From Isosphaeraceae bacterium (lineage in GTDB: Bacteria; Planctomycetota; Planctomycetia; Isosphaerales; Isosphaeraceae), in NCBI GenBank assembly GCA_965201075.1, contig CBDAVP010000015.1:1-64000 (forward strand): a DNA stretch of 64,000 bases, read 5' to 3'. A program made the position numbers and the translations under genes. Below are positions 25,906-35,176 of the stretch, in pieces. A model generated the notes under the pieces. That model saw only the letters and a list, made by a program, of their open reading frames with translations, did not search any database and was not told where the DNA came from. How positions within the stretch are numbered: the first letter of the stretch is position 1; each line of letters opens with the position of its first letter.

Positions 25906-28273
25906 GCGGCGGAATGGGGGAAGCCTCTCGGGGACGGCCCAGGCTGAGGCAGGCGGGGAGGAGGACGAGGTTGCCCAGGGAACTTCCGGCCGTGGCGATG
26001 CAGACCATCGTCCCGAAGAGGGCGAAGGGGGCGAACTCACTGAAGCGGAGGACGGCGAATCCCAGCGCGACGGCGATGCTGGAGAGCAGGACACCGGGCC
26101 CCGTGACGGCGTAGCTCTCGGTGAGGGCCTCTCGGAAGGGCAGGCGTCGTCGGAGCCGCCGGTACTGGAGCAGGCAGTGGAAGGTGTCGTCGACGGAAAG
26201 GCCGAGCGCGACGCTGGCGACCAGGGCCGTGGCCAGGTCGAGCTTGACGCCAGTCCAGCCCATCAAGCCTAGCACCAGGCCGACCGCGAGGACGGTTGGA
26301 AGGATCGCCAGGAGGGCGAGCTTGGGCCCCCGGAAGGCCAGGGTGAGCATCAGAAAAATGCCGCCGACGGCCCAGCCGATGGTGTTCCACTGGGTGTCGA
26401 TGACGCCTCGGGTCGTCTGGGTCAGGAGGTAGGAAAGGCCGGTGAGGTAGGCCCGGGGGCCGAACGCCGTACTGGCGAGTTGGCGAGCGCGGTCGAAGGT
26501 GGCTTCCTTGGCGGGGGCGGGTTGCTGCTCGGAGACGCGGACAAGGATGCGGGCCCACCCTCCTCGACGGTCCCAGAAACCGTTGAGCAGGTCTCGCTGG
26601 GGGGAGGCGTCGATCAGTTCGAGCTTGGTGCGGAGGGCTCGGGCCTGGCGGGGCTCGGGCAGGGCGGCGAGTTTGGCGTCGGGGTCGAGGACCGTGGCGA
26701 GCGAGACGACCTGGGACACGGCGGGGGCACCGGCGGCGTCGGGGATCTGGGACACGTCCCGGTCGAGCTTGGCGAAGGCGGCGAGGTCCTTGGGGCTGAG
26801 GCTGGTCCCGAGGGGGACCACGAGTTCGACGAGACCGATCCCCCCAAGTCGGCTTTCGACAAACCGATAATCCTGGACGACTCGGCTGTCGGGTCGGAAG
26901 GCGTTGATGTAGTTCGATTCGATGCGAAGTCGGGCGGCGCCGGCGATGAGGGGCAGGACCACGAGCAGAACGCCCAGGACGATTGGCGCGGGGTGGCGGC
27001 AGGCGAGCGCGGTCAGGCGGCCGAGGGCGTTGCCGGTGGGCGAGGTCGAGCCCGGACGGACGGCCCATTCCAGTCGAAGCGGCGGGAGCATGGCGATGGG
27101 GGCCAGGGCCATCGTCAGGAGGGCCGCGGCCACGGTGCAACCAGCCAGGATCGTGCCGAACTGGCGGACTGGCACGACGTTGCTGGTCATCAGGGCCCCA
27201 TAGCCTATGGCTCCCGTCACTGCGCACCACAGGATGGGGGAAGCGACCGCGCGAAGGGTCAGCGCGGCGGCGGATCGGCGATCGGTGTCGCGGCGGAGCT
27301 CGTCGCGAAAGTGAATGGCGAGGTGGCTGGCGGCGGGCATCGTCAGGACGATGATCTGGGCGACGATGGGGCCCCCGGAAAGGGCGAGCTTGATGCCGAG
27401 GGAGCCGAGAACCGCCTCGACCAGGAGCCAGACGACCCAGCCGGCCAGGGTGGGGATGGCGGCCCACCAGAGGCTTCCCGTGGCGGTGAGAGTCACCAGG
27501 GCGATCATGGCCATGCCGGCGATGGCGAGGTGGCGGCCGTCTCGCTCGATCGCCGCGAAGCCGTCGGCCAGCAAGGCGGGGGGACCGACGATCGCGGGGC
27601 GGGGCAACTGGTGGCGGGCGGCGAAGGCGTCGGCCGACTCCCGGAGGGTGCGGATCGTCCCCTTGACGTCGTGGTCCTCGGGGTTCTTCATGCGGACGAC
27701 CAGGGCGGTGGTGGTCCCCTTGCCGTCGATCAAGGTCCCTTTCAGGAGCGGATGGGCGGTGATCCGGTGTCGCAGGTCGGCAAGCTCGGTGGGATTGGCG
27801 TTGCGGATGGCCGAGGCGAGGGTGGGGGTGGCCGGGTTGGGACCGGCGCCGGAGTTCGCGAGGAGGGCCTTGGCTTGCTTGAGCGCGGGGCCTCGCAGGA
27901 AGTCGGGCATCCGTTCCAGGAGGAGAAGCTGGTCGTCGAGTTGCCAGAGGATCGGCATCGCGTCGAGGGATTCGACGCGGATGACGCCTTCGAGCTGGGT
28001 GGGGCCGAGGGTCTTGGCGAGTTCGGCGACCCTTCCAATTCCCGAGGGGGTGAGGAGTTGGGGGTCGTCGTACGCCACGAAGACGAATTGATCATTGCCG
28101 AAGGAGCGGGCGGCCTTGCGGTAGGAGATGACGGCGGGGTCGTCGTCGGCGAAGAAGGATTGAATGGATTGCTCGTAAGTGGCATGTCGGTCGGCGTACA
28201 CGAGCCAAGCTAGCAAGGCCAGAGTGGCGGCGGAGGTGATGTAGCGGGCCCGGATCAGCAGGCGGGTGATCAT
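25865..28273 (-). CDS. MMPL/RND family transporter
   Basis: Two repeats of TM + periplasmic domain + TM bundle; ALGLSVDDTFH motif. Confidence 0.88.
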   Translation of the reverse strand: MITRLLIRARYITSAATLALLAWLVYADRHATYEQSIQSFFADDDPAVISYRKAARSFGNDQFVFVAYDDPQLLTPSGIGRVAELAKTLGPTQLEGVIRVESLDAMPILWQLDDQLLLLERMPDFLRGPALKQAKALLANSGAGPNPATPTLASAIRNANPTELADLRHRITAHPLLKGTLIDGKGTTTALVVRMKNPEDHDVKGTIRTLRESADAFAARHQLPRPAIVGPPALLADGFAAIERDGRHLAIAGMAMIALVTLTATGSLWWAAIPTLAGWVVWLLVEAVLGSLGIKLALSGGPIVAQIIVLTMPAASHLAIHFRDELRRDTDRRSAAALTLRAVASPILWCAVTGAIGYGALMTSNVVPVRQFGTILAGCTVAAALLTMALAPIAMLPPLRLEWAVRPGSTSPTGNALGRLTALACRHPAPIVLGVLLVVLPLIAGAARLRIESNYINAFRPDSRVVQDYRFVESRLGGIGLVELVVPLGTSLSPKDLAAFAKLDRDVSQIPDAAGAPAVSQVVSLATVLDPDAKLAALPEPRQARALRTKLELIDASPQRDLLNGFWDRRGGWARILVRVSEQQPAPAKEATFDRARQLASTAFGPRAYLTGLSYLLTQTTRGVIDTQWNTIGWAVGGIFLMLTLAFRGPKLALLAILPTVLAVGLVLGLMGWTGVKLDLATALVASVALGLSVDDTFHCLLQYRRLRRRLPFREALTESYAVTGPGVLLSSIAVALGFAVLRFSEFAPFALFGTMVCIATAGSSLGNLVLLPACLSLGRPREASPIPPLKESSTPARARPS

Positions 28274-28341
28274 CCTGGGATTCGCCTTTGGGCGGGGTGC
28301 GAGGCCGGGGGCTTGTGGTCGATCGTCGCCGTTATAGGTTT

Positions 28342-29817
28342 TCAAGACCGGTTCGACGAGACCCAGGCGGCGGGGAGGAGGTCGGTGAGGGCGACCTTGA
28401 TGGCGAATAGCGCGACGGCGGCCATGGCGAAGAAGGCGAACCAGGTGCAAATCTCGCCCGCGAAGCCGGCCCGGGTGCGACGGTCGTCATCCCTTCGGGC
28501 CAGGTAGAGGATGGCGCCGCCGATCAAGGGGAGCATCAGGGCCTGGCCGAATCCGCCGATCTTCACGAGGAGCTTCGGGTCGCGCAGCAGGAAGTAGAGA
28601 ATCACCGCCAGGACCGGGTAGGCGACACAGAAGGTGTTGATCGCGAACGACTTGGCGCGAGGCGTTGTTTGCCGCCAGAGGCCGGCGAGGTCGAGGAAGT
28701 CGGCGGTGAGCCTGCTGTTGCCGGCGGTGGCGACATACAGGCACTTGAACAAGACGGCCCAGGCGCCGAGGAGGAAGACCGGACGGGTCCAGGCGCCGAT
28801 CGGGCCGACGTACATGGCGGTCAGGGTCCGCAGCATGTCGGAGCCCTTGGGGTCGAGTCCCTGGGGGTGGAGGACCGCGGCGCCCATCAGGTAGTAGGCA
28901 ACGGTCCCGAGGGTGAAGACGACCATGCTGGCCCAGGCGTCAAGCTTCATCACGGCGATCCAGCCTCGGGCGCGACGGGCCCAGGCGGGGTCGTCGGCGA
29001 GGCGGGGGCCGGTGGAGCGACCGTACCCCTTTTCGAGGCACCAGTAGGGGTAGGCGAAAAGCTCGGCGGCGCCGACGCCGGTGATGCCGAAGGTGGAGAA
29101 GGCCAGGGCCACGCCGGTGGGCGGCAGGGACGGGACGAGTCCCGCCGCGGTGGCGGACCAATCGACCGAGAACCGCGTCCAGTTCAGGGCCACGACGCAA
29201 GCCACGGTCAAGGCGGTGACCAGGGCGACCATGATCGTCGTCAGGCGCTCCAGGCGTTTGTAACCGCCGGAAAGGAGTAGCGCGACGGCGGCCAGGGCGG
29301 TGAGCGTGGCCCAGGCGTGTTCGGGATGGACGCGGAGATAGGCGCCGAGGTCGGGTGAAACGCGGGCGGCCTGGTTGGCGAGCCAGGCGGAGGCTTGCGG
29401 AAATGCCAGGTGGACAGCCTGGCCGATGAGGCCCTCCATCGCGGCAATCTGGGCCTGGGTTCCCAGTTGCATCAACAGCCAGAGCCACGCGAGCCAGTTG
29501 GTCCCGAGGCGAGGGCCGGGGAGGGTGTCAATCGCGCCCAAGGTCGTCTTGCCGTGGACGATGGCGTAGCGGCCCAACTCGGTCTGGACGAAGACCTTGA
29601 TGATGCAACTGAAGAGGATTAGCCAGAGGAGGGTGTAGCCTTGCTCGGCGCCGAGGCCGGTGGTGGAGATCAACTCGCCGGTGCCGACGATGGCGCCGGC
29701 GAGGATCAGGCCGGGGCCAATCTTGGAGAGGGAACCGACCCAGGTGGCGGGGGGCTCCTCGACCCCCTCGATGGTGTCGATCCGAGGGTCATCGGGAGCG
29801 GGGGCCTTGGGGGTCAT
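28342..29817 (-). CDS. Nramp-like divalent metal transporter
   Basis: IGPGLILAGAIVGTGEL, IKVFVQTELGRY, FGITGVGAAEL..YPYWCLEKGY; many TM helices. Confidence 0.82.
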   Translation of the reverse strand: MTPKAPAPDDPRIDTIEGVEEPPATWVGSLSKIGPGLILAGAIVGTGELISTTGLGAEQGYTLLWLILFSCIIKVFVQTELGRYAIVHGKTTLGAIDTLPGPRLGTNWLAWLWLLMQLGTQAQIAAMEGLIGQAVHLAFPQASAWLANQAARVSPDLGAYLRVHPEHAWATLTALAAVALLLSGGYKRLERLTTIMVALVTALTVACVVALNWTRFSVDWSATAAGLVPSLPPTGVALAFSTFGITGVGAAELFAYPYWCLEKGYGRSTGPRLADDPAWARRARGWIAVMKLDAWASMVVFTLGTVAYYLMGAAVLHPQGLDPKGSDMLRTLTAMYVGPIGAWTRPVFLLGAWAVLFKCLYVATAGNSRLTADFLDLAGLWRQTTPRAKSFAINTFCVAYPVLAVILYFLLRDPKLLVKIGGFGQALMLPLIGGAILYLARRDDDRRTRAGFAGEICTWFAFFAMAAVALFAIKVALTDLLPAAWVSSNRS

Positions 29818-29971
29818 CTCGGGCGCATCCGTCGTCCCTGGGGTCGGTTGGGTCGGCGGGCCATCGTAACGGGCGGGCCGGTCGGGGGCCACCCCCGCGT
29901 GGGCTCTCGGCGTGGGGCTTCCTTTGCGATCGGTCGCGGTTGAGAATGGGGACCCGAGGGGAGGCGGCCCG

Positions 29972-30784
29972 ATGACGATGGCGGCGGTGATCCAGATGAA
30001 CGGGACGGCTGACGCCGGGACGAACTGGCTCCAGGCCGAGGACCTCGTCGGGCGAGCGGCGGCGGCGGGGGCCCGCCTTGTCGCGACTCCCGAGAATACG
30101 AACTTCCTGGGCCCGCCGGCCGAGAAGGCGCGCACCGCCGAACCGCTGGAGGGGCCAACCTGCGGGCGATTCTCGGAGTTGGCCCGCCGGCTCGGGATTT
30201 TCCTGCTGCTGGGATCGTTCAACGAGCGGTCGGAGGCGCCGGGGAAGTGTCGCAACACCAGCGTCCTGTTCGGCCCGGACGGGGAACGGCTGGCCGTCTA
30301 TCGGAAGCTCCACCTGTTCGACGTGGACGTGAATGAGTCGGTCAGCGTGCGGGAGTCGGACGCGGTTGAGCCGGGGGACCGGGTGGTCGTGGTGGAGACT
30401 TCCGTCGGGCGGCTGGGTCTGTCGATCTGTTATGACCTTCGGTTCGGCAACCTCTACTCGCGGATGGCCCGGGAGGGGGCGGAGATCCTTTGCGTGCCGT
30501 CGGCCTTCACGATGACGACGGGTCGCGACCACTGGGAACCCCTTCTGAGGGCCAGGGCGATTGAATGTCAGGCGTATGTCCTGGCCCCGGCGCAGGTTGG
30601 GCGGCATGAGGGCGCGGACCTCCGGGAGAGCTATGGGCACGCGATGATCGTGGACCCGTGGGGGTTGGTGGTGGCGAGGGCTTCGGACGGGCCGGGGCTG
30701 GCCCTGGCGGAAATCGATTTGCGGCGAGTCCGAGAGATCCGCAAGGCCATTCCGGTGGCGGACCATTTTCGGCCAGAGCTTTAG
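29972..30784 (+). CDS. Carbon-nitrogen hydrolase (Nit1/YbeM-like)
   Basis: TPEN, YRKLHLFDV, ICYDLRF triad, RARAIE, GHAMIVDPWG. Confidence 0.93.
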   Translation: MTMAAVIQMNGTADAGTNWLQAEDLVGRAAAAGARLVATPENTNFLGPPAEKARTAEPLEGPTCGRFSELARRLGIFLLLGSFNERSEAPGKCRNTSVLFGPDGERLAVYRKLHLFDVDVNESVSVRESDAVEPGDRVVVVETSVGRLGLSICYDLRFGNLYSRMAREGAEILCVPSAFTMTTGRDHWEPLLRARAIECQAYVLAPAQVGRHEGADLRESYGHAMIVDPWGLVVARASDGPGLALAEIDLRRVREIRKAIPVADHFRPEL

Positions 30785-30794
30785 TCTGGGGGGC

Positions 30795-31664
30795 ATGGGA
30801 CGGATGGCGAACGTGAGCCCGTATATTATCGAAGCCGAGGCGTCCACCTTCGAGGCGGAGGTCCTGGGACGGTCGGCGAGTGTGCCGGTGGTGGTGGATT
30901 TTTGGGCGGCCTGGTGTGGACCCTGTCGGCTGCTTGGGCCGATCCTGGAGAAACTGGCGGAGGAGTATGACGGGCGGTTCTTGCTGGTGAAGGCGGATAC
31001 CGAGCGGATGCCCGAGATCGCGGCGAGTTTCGGGGTGCGGTCGATCCCGGCGGTGTTCGGTGTGCGAGATGGGCGGGTCGTCGACGGGTTCGTTGGGGTC
31101 CTGGCCGAGTCGGCCATCCGGGCGTTTCTGGATCGGCTGGTCCCGGGAGAGGCCGAACAGGCGGTCATGGCGGCTCGGGCCCTGGAGGCTAGCGACCCCG
31201 GGGCCGCCGAGTGGAAATATCGGGAGGCCCTGGCGCTCTCCGCCGATCAGCCGGCCGCGAAAGTGGGGTTGGGTCGATTGGCCCTGGCGAGGGGGTCGGT
31301 CGAGGAGGCTCGGGAGGTCGTGGCCGAGCTGGAACAGCGCGGCTATCTGGAACCCGAGGCCGAGGCCCTCAAGGCGGAATTGACCTTGCGGGCGGGTGCC
31401 AGCCAGGCGGGCGACGTCGCCTCGGCCAGGGAGGCGGTCGCGGCCAAGCCGGAGGATCTGGCGACGCGGTTGGAGCTCGCCGAGGCGTTGATCGGGGCTC
31501 GGGAGTTTCCCGAGGCGCTGGATTTGCTCCTCGACCTGGTGGAGCGAGACCGTCGGGGGACCGGAGAGACGGCGAGAACCATGATGCTGGCCGTTTTCCA
31601 GGTCTTGCCCGACGATTCTCCGCTCACAAACGAGTATCGCCGCAAACTTTCGTTTGTGCTTTGA
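30795..31664 (+). CDS. Thioredoxin-TPR chaperedoxin (YbbN/CnoX-like)
   Basis: VDFWAAWCGPC followed by TPR helices; C-terminal EYRRKLSFVL. Confidence 0.92.
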   Translation: MGRMANVSPYIIEAEASTFEAEVLGRSASVPVVVDFWAAWCGPCRLLGPILEKLAEEYDGRFLLVKADTERMPEIAASFGVRSIPAVFGVRDGRVVDGFVGVLAESAIRAFLDRLVPGEAEQAVMAARALEASDPGAAEWKYREALALSADQPAAKVGLGRLALARGSVEEAREVVAELEQRGYLEPEAEALKAELTLRAGASQAGDVASAREAVAAKPEDLATRLELAEALIGAREFPEALDLLLDLVERDRRGTGETARTMMLAVFQVLPDDSPLTNEYRRKLSFVL

Positions 31665-31690
31665 GAGTGATTTCCCAGGAACGTGGAGCG

Positions 31691-32113
31691 ATGGCCGCGA
31701 TGAACGATTTCCGGCGTTTCGGACTGCTGGCAACGGTGGTTGGGTTGACCCTGGCGTCCGTGACGGCGGCGGCGGTGGAGCCCGGGGAGGCTCGGCGGCT
31801 TTCGCATGTCGTGATCTTCACCTTGAAGGATCAGTCGGAGGCGTCTCGCGAGGCATTCCTGGCCTCTTGCGAGAAGTATTTGACCGGCCATGACGGGGTC
31901 CTTTCGTACTCCGCCGGGGTGATCGCCGAGGATGTGGTTGAGCCGGTCAGCGACCGCGAATTCGACGTCGCGTTGATGATCGTCTTCCAATCGAAAGCGG
32001 CTTCCGACGCCTATCAGGTGAGTTCACGCCACAAGGCATTCGTGGCCGAGAACAAGGCGAAGTTCGCCAAGGTCCGGGTGTTCGACTCGTATTTGCCGAA
32101 ATCGGATCAATGA
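31691..32113 (+). CDS. Dabb (stress-responsive alpha/beta barrel) protein with signal peptide
   Basis: LSHVVIFTLKD...FDVAL...YQVSSRH...VRVFDS. Confidence 0.85.
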   Translation: MAAMNDFRRFGLLATVVGLTLASVTAAAVEPGEARRLSHVVIFTLKDQSEASREAFLASCEKYLTGHDGVLSYSAGVIAEDVVEPVSDREFDVALMIVFQSKAASDAYQVSSRHKAFVAENKAKFAKVRVFDSYLPKSDQ

Positions 32114-32139
32114 ACCGCCGGATTTGAAGGGGCCCGCCC

Positions 32140-32463
32140 ATGCCTTTGATCGACATGACCGTGGCGCATGGGCGGACCCTCGATGATGCTCGGGGCCGAC
32201 TGGCGATGGCGGTGGCCGAGGCGTCGAAGGTGTTCGGGCCGATGGTCCGGCGGGTGGAGTGGTCGGCGGATCGTTCCTCGGCCAAGCTGGTGGGGTTGGG
32301 ATTCTGGGCCGAGTTGCGAGTGGATGGGCAATCCATTTATGCTCAGGCGGATCTGCCGCTGCTCGGCGGGTTGCTGGGGAAGACAGGCGAGGCAGGGTTG
32401 AAACAGGTCGTGCAGCGGGCGTTTCCGGCACCAGGGGCTTCCTCGACCACTCCGCCAAAGTGA
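32140..32463 (+). CDS. Polyhydroxyalkanoic-acid-system-like small protein
   Basis: IDMTVAHGRTLDDARGRL...VEWS...ADLP pattern. Confidence 0.6.
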   Translation: MPLIDMTVAHGRTLDDARGRLAMAVAEASKVFGPMVRRVEWSADRSSAKLVGLGFWAELRVDGQSIYAQADLPLLGGLLGKTGEAGLKQVVQRAFPAPGASSTTPPK

Positions 32464-32474
32464 GGGCGTTCGCG

Positions 32475-33413
32475 ATGGCTCGGCTCCCCGACGACGAAGA
32501 CGCGACCAGCGACGCCAATGCCCTGTTCCGGGACGATTCGCCAATGCGCGTGCCAGTCTCACGACCGGCTCCCGTCACGGGTGGAGACGAGTATGACCTC
32601 CTCGGCGATGATGACCCGGTGGAAGACGTGATCTCGAAACCCGTCCCGCCGGTCGTCCCGGTCGCTTCGCCCGCGGCTCGACCCCCTCGGCCCCAGGTCC
32701 GGACGACTTCCGACGAGGCGAAGCGGCGGAAACTCACCGAGGATGATGACGATTTCGGACCTTCGGCCGTGGAGGCGCGGGTCGATCATCCGTGGTCACG
32801 TTGGGCTGAGTGGGGGCCGGACCTCCGCAACCTGGCCTTGGCGGCGGCGGGCTGGATTTTTCTGCTTTACCTGTTCCTCAGCAACGGCGCGGGGTTCTTC
32901 TGGTCGTTTTTGCTGTTTGGCGTGGGCTTCCTGGCCTTGATCGTAATGTGCTACCCGATGGCCATCACGATGGAACGGCCCATCCGCGTCACGCCGGAGC
33001 AGGCGGTCCGCGACTACTTTGGGGCTCTCACGCATTTTCGCCCCCACTACCGCCGGATGTGGTTACTGCTAAGTTCAGCCGGAAGGCAGTCCGCGGGTTG
33101 GCGGGATTTCGGGGGATTTCAGGATTACTGGCGGTCGGTGCTGCTGGGGATTCGGGAAGGGAAGGACCTGGGGCGGGCCCCGCTGAGTTTTCAGGTCCAG
33201 GACTTTCGTTCGGAAAAAAGCGCCGGGAAGACCGCGCTGAACGCGAAATTTTCGGTTCGGGTCCGGGCTCAGGACTTTTCTGGAGAGCTAGGGAAGGAGC
33301 TGGGCGTTTATCGAATGGCGATTGGGCTGGTTCGTGGCCCCGATAAGATGTGGTACCTGAACGATGGGACGCTGCCAATCCGAGTCGATCCGGCGGGCGC
33401 GGAGGCCCTCTGA
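32475..33413 (+). CDS. Hypothetical membrane protein
   Basis: Acidic/Pro-rich N-terminus, two TM helices, soluble C-terminal domain. Confidence 0.7.
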   Translation: MARLPDDEDATSDANALFRDDSPMRVPVSRPAPVTGGDEYDLLGDDDPVEDVISKPVPPVVPVASPAARPPRPQVRTTSDEAKRRKLTEDDDDFGPSAVEARVDHPWSRWAEWGPDLRNLALAAAGWIFLLYLFLSNGAGFFWSFLLFGVGFLALIVMCYPMAITMERPIRVTPEQAVRDYFGALTHFRPHYRRMWLLLSSAGRQSAGWRDFGGFQDYWRSVLLGIREGKDLGRAPLSFQVQDFRSEKSAGKTALNAKFSVRVRAQDFSGELGKELGVYRMAIGLVRGPDKMWYLNDGTLPIRVDPAGAEAL

Positions 33414-33446
33414 ACCTGGTTCCCGAACGGAGAGGACACTCACGGG

Positions 33447-35129
33447 TTAACCGCTGGCTTGCCACCAACGGTAGCGAAACGCGACGAGTGTGATCGCGTA
33501 AAGCAAGGCGCAGGCGGGGGGAGTCAGCAGCAGGAAGCTGATCCAGATGGGGAGCCCCAGGAAGGGAGTGGTCGCCGTCGCGGGGTCGGGGAGGGCATCC
33601 TCGCCGATAGCGTCGGGAGCGACCTTGCTGGTGGTCCCCAGCGGGACGTTGAAGGTGGCCGCGAAGGGGCTGATAACCGAGAGGCCGGCGACCAGGCGGT
33701 CGGTGACCTGAAGGCCCGCCCCGGCGGTTTGCTCACCCGTCCGGGGGAATCGGGCCACGGCGATCGGCCCGGCGAAGACGATCAGCAGGACCAGATAAGT
33801 CATGACCAGCGCCGAGGAGGTCCGGCGGCTCAGGGCCGAGCAGAGCAGGCCGATGGTCGTCGTGATGAGGCAAGTGGCCGCGATGATCGCCAGATAGATC
33901 GGCAGGGTCCAGAGGCGTCTCAGTAGTTCGGCGACCAGAACATAAGCCAGCAGAAGTTGCTCGGTGAGGAGGAAGGTCAGGACGGTGGAGACTCGCAGCG
34001 CGGCCATCAGTTTGGCCCGGACGATGGGTCCGGGACGCAGCAGCGTCGTCAGCAGGAGGCCCAGCGTTTGGCGTTCCCGCTCCTGGGTGATGCTCCCGGC
34101 GGAGAAAACCGGGCCGACCAGCATGTTGAACACGAGGACATAGCAGACGTAATACGCCGTCAGTTTGGGCTGGAAGAACAGCAGCGCGGCCATCAAGGGG
34201 ATCGACAGGAACATGCTCACCTGGATCACCAGGCGGAGCATCAGGGTTCCCTGGCTGAAGATTTCACTGCGCAGTTCCTTGTCGAGGACGGGGTTGGTGC
34301 CGTCGGGCATTGGCTCGGTGCGCTTGGCCGGTGCGAAGAGGTAGTCGGGGAAGCGGTCGCGGTCGATCACCACGCCGACGGCGTTGGATAGCTCGGCCTT
34401 CTCGTCGACAACCTCTTTCCCCTCGCTGCCGACGTCGGGCGGCCGGAGGAGCCGCCGGGTGACCAGGATCGAGATGACCGTCCAGATCGCCAAACACCAC
34501 GGAGGCAAAACGGCGATGGAGACGAAGTCTCGCAAGGTGGTGTCGTCGGTGCGGGTCAGCGAAATAGTGGCCAGGGCCAGGGGGAGAATGATGAGATAGC
34601 CCACCACCAGTGCGGAACTTGTCCGGCGGAAGACGCTGGAACAGGCGACACTGATGAGGCCAAACGTCCCGGCGGCCAGGATCAGGACGAGATACGCCCG
34701 CACGACTTCCGAGAGCAGAATGCCCCCCAGCAAAAAGCAAAGGATCATCAAGGGGAGGCTGGAGAGGATCAGGAGGACCAGATACGTCATCGAACTGAGG
34801 AGCTTGCCAATCAGGATCGTGAACGGTTCCAGAGGGCTGGCCAGGAGCATCTCGTAAGTCTTGCGCTCTTTTTCGCCCGCGAGGCTGCCGGCGGCGAAGG
34901 CGGGAGCCATCAGGGCGACCAGGAAGAACTGGCCGAGGAAAAACAGGTTGTAAAGCCGCAAGGCCGTGGCCGAGCCGACCCGCCGGGCCGCCCCCTGCCC
35001 TTCCGGCCAGGCGACGTAGACGACCAGGCTGAGCAGGCCCACATACGCCGCCTGGAGCAGAAACGATCGCGAAGACCTGAGGGTGACGAGCAGTTCCCGG
35101 GAGAGGACCGGATTGTCGCGGAGGAGCAT
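33447..35129 (-). CDS. ABC transporter permease (duplicated ABC-2-like)
   Basis: Two repeats: NPVLSREL...AGSLAGEKERKTYEMLLASPL and NPVLDKEL...GSITQERERQTLGLLLTT. Confidence 0.88.
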   Translation of the reverse strand: MLLRDNPVLSRELLVTLRSSRSFLLQAAYVGLLSLVVYVAWPEGQGAARRVGSATALRLYNLFFLGQFFLVALMAPAFAAGSLAGEKERKTYEMLLASPLEPFTILIGKLLSSMTYLVLLILSSLPLMILCFLLGGILLSEVVRAYLVLILAAGTFGLISVACSSVFRRTSSALVVGYLIILPLALATISLTRTDDTTLRDFVSIAVLPPWCLAIWTVISILVTRRLLRPPDVGSEGKEVVDEKAELSNAVGVVIDRDRFPDYLFAPAKRTEPMPDGTNPVLDKELRSEIFSQGTLMLRLVIQVSMFLSIPLMAALLFFQPKLTAYYVCYVLVFNMLVGPVFSAGSITQERERQTLGLLLTTLLRPGPIVRAKLMAALRVSTVLTFLLTEQLLLAYVLVAELLRRLWTLPIYLAIIAATCLITTTIGLLCSALSRRTSSALVMTYLVLLIVFAGPIAVARFPRTGEQTAGAGLQVTDRLVAGLSVISPFAATFNVPLGTTSKVAPDAIGEDALPDPATATTPFLGLPIWISFLLLTPPACALLYAITLVAFRYRWWQASG

Positions 35130-35176
35130 GACGGCCGGTCTCTCAACGGGAAGGGAAGTTGGCTTGCCCGAGGTCG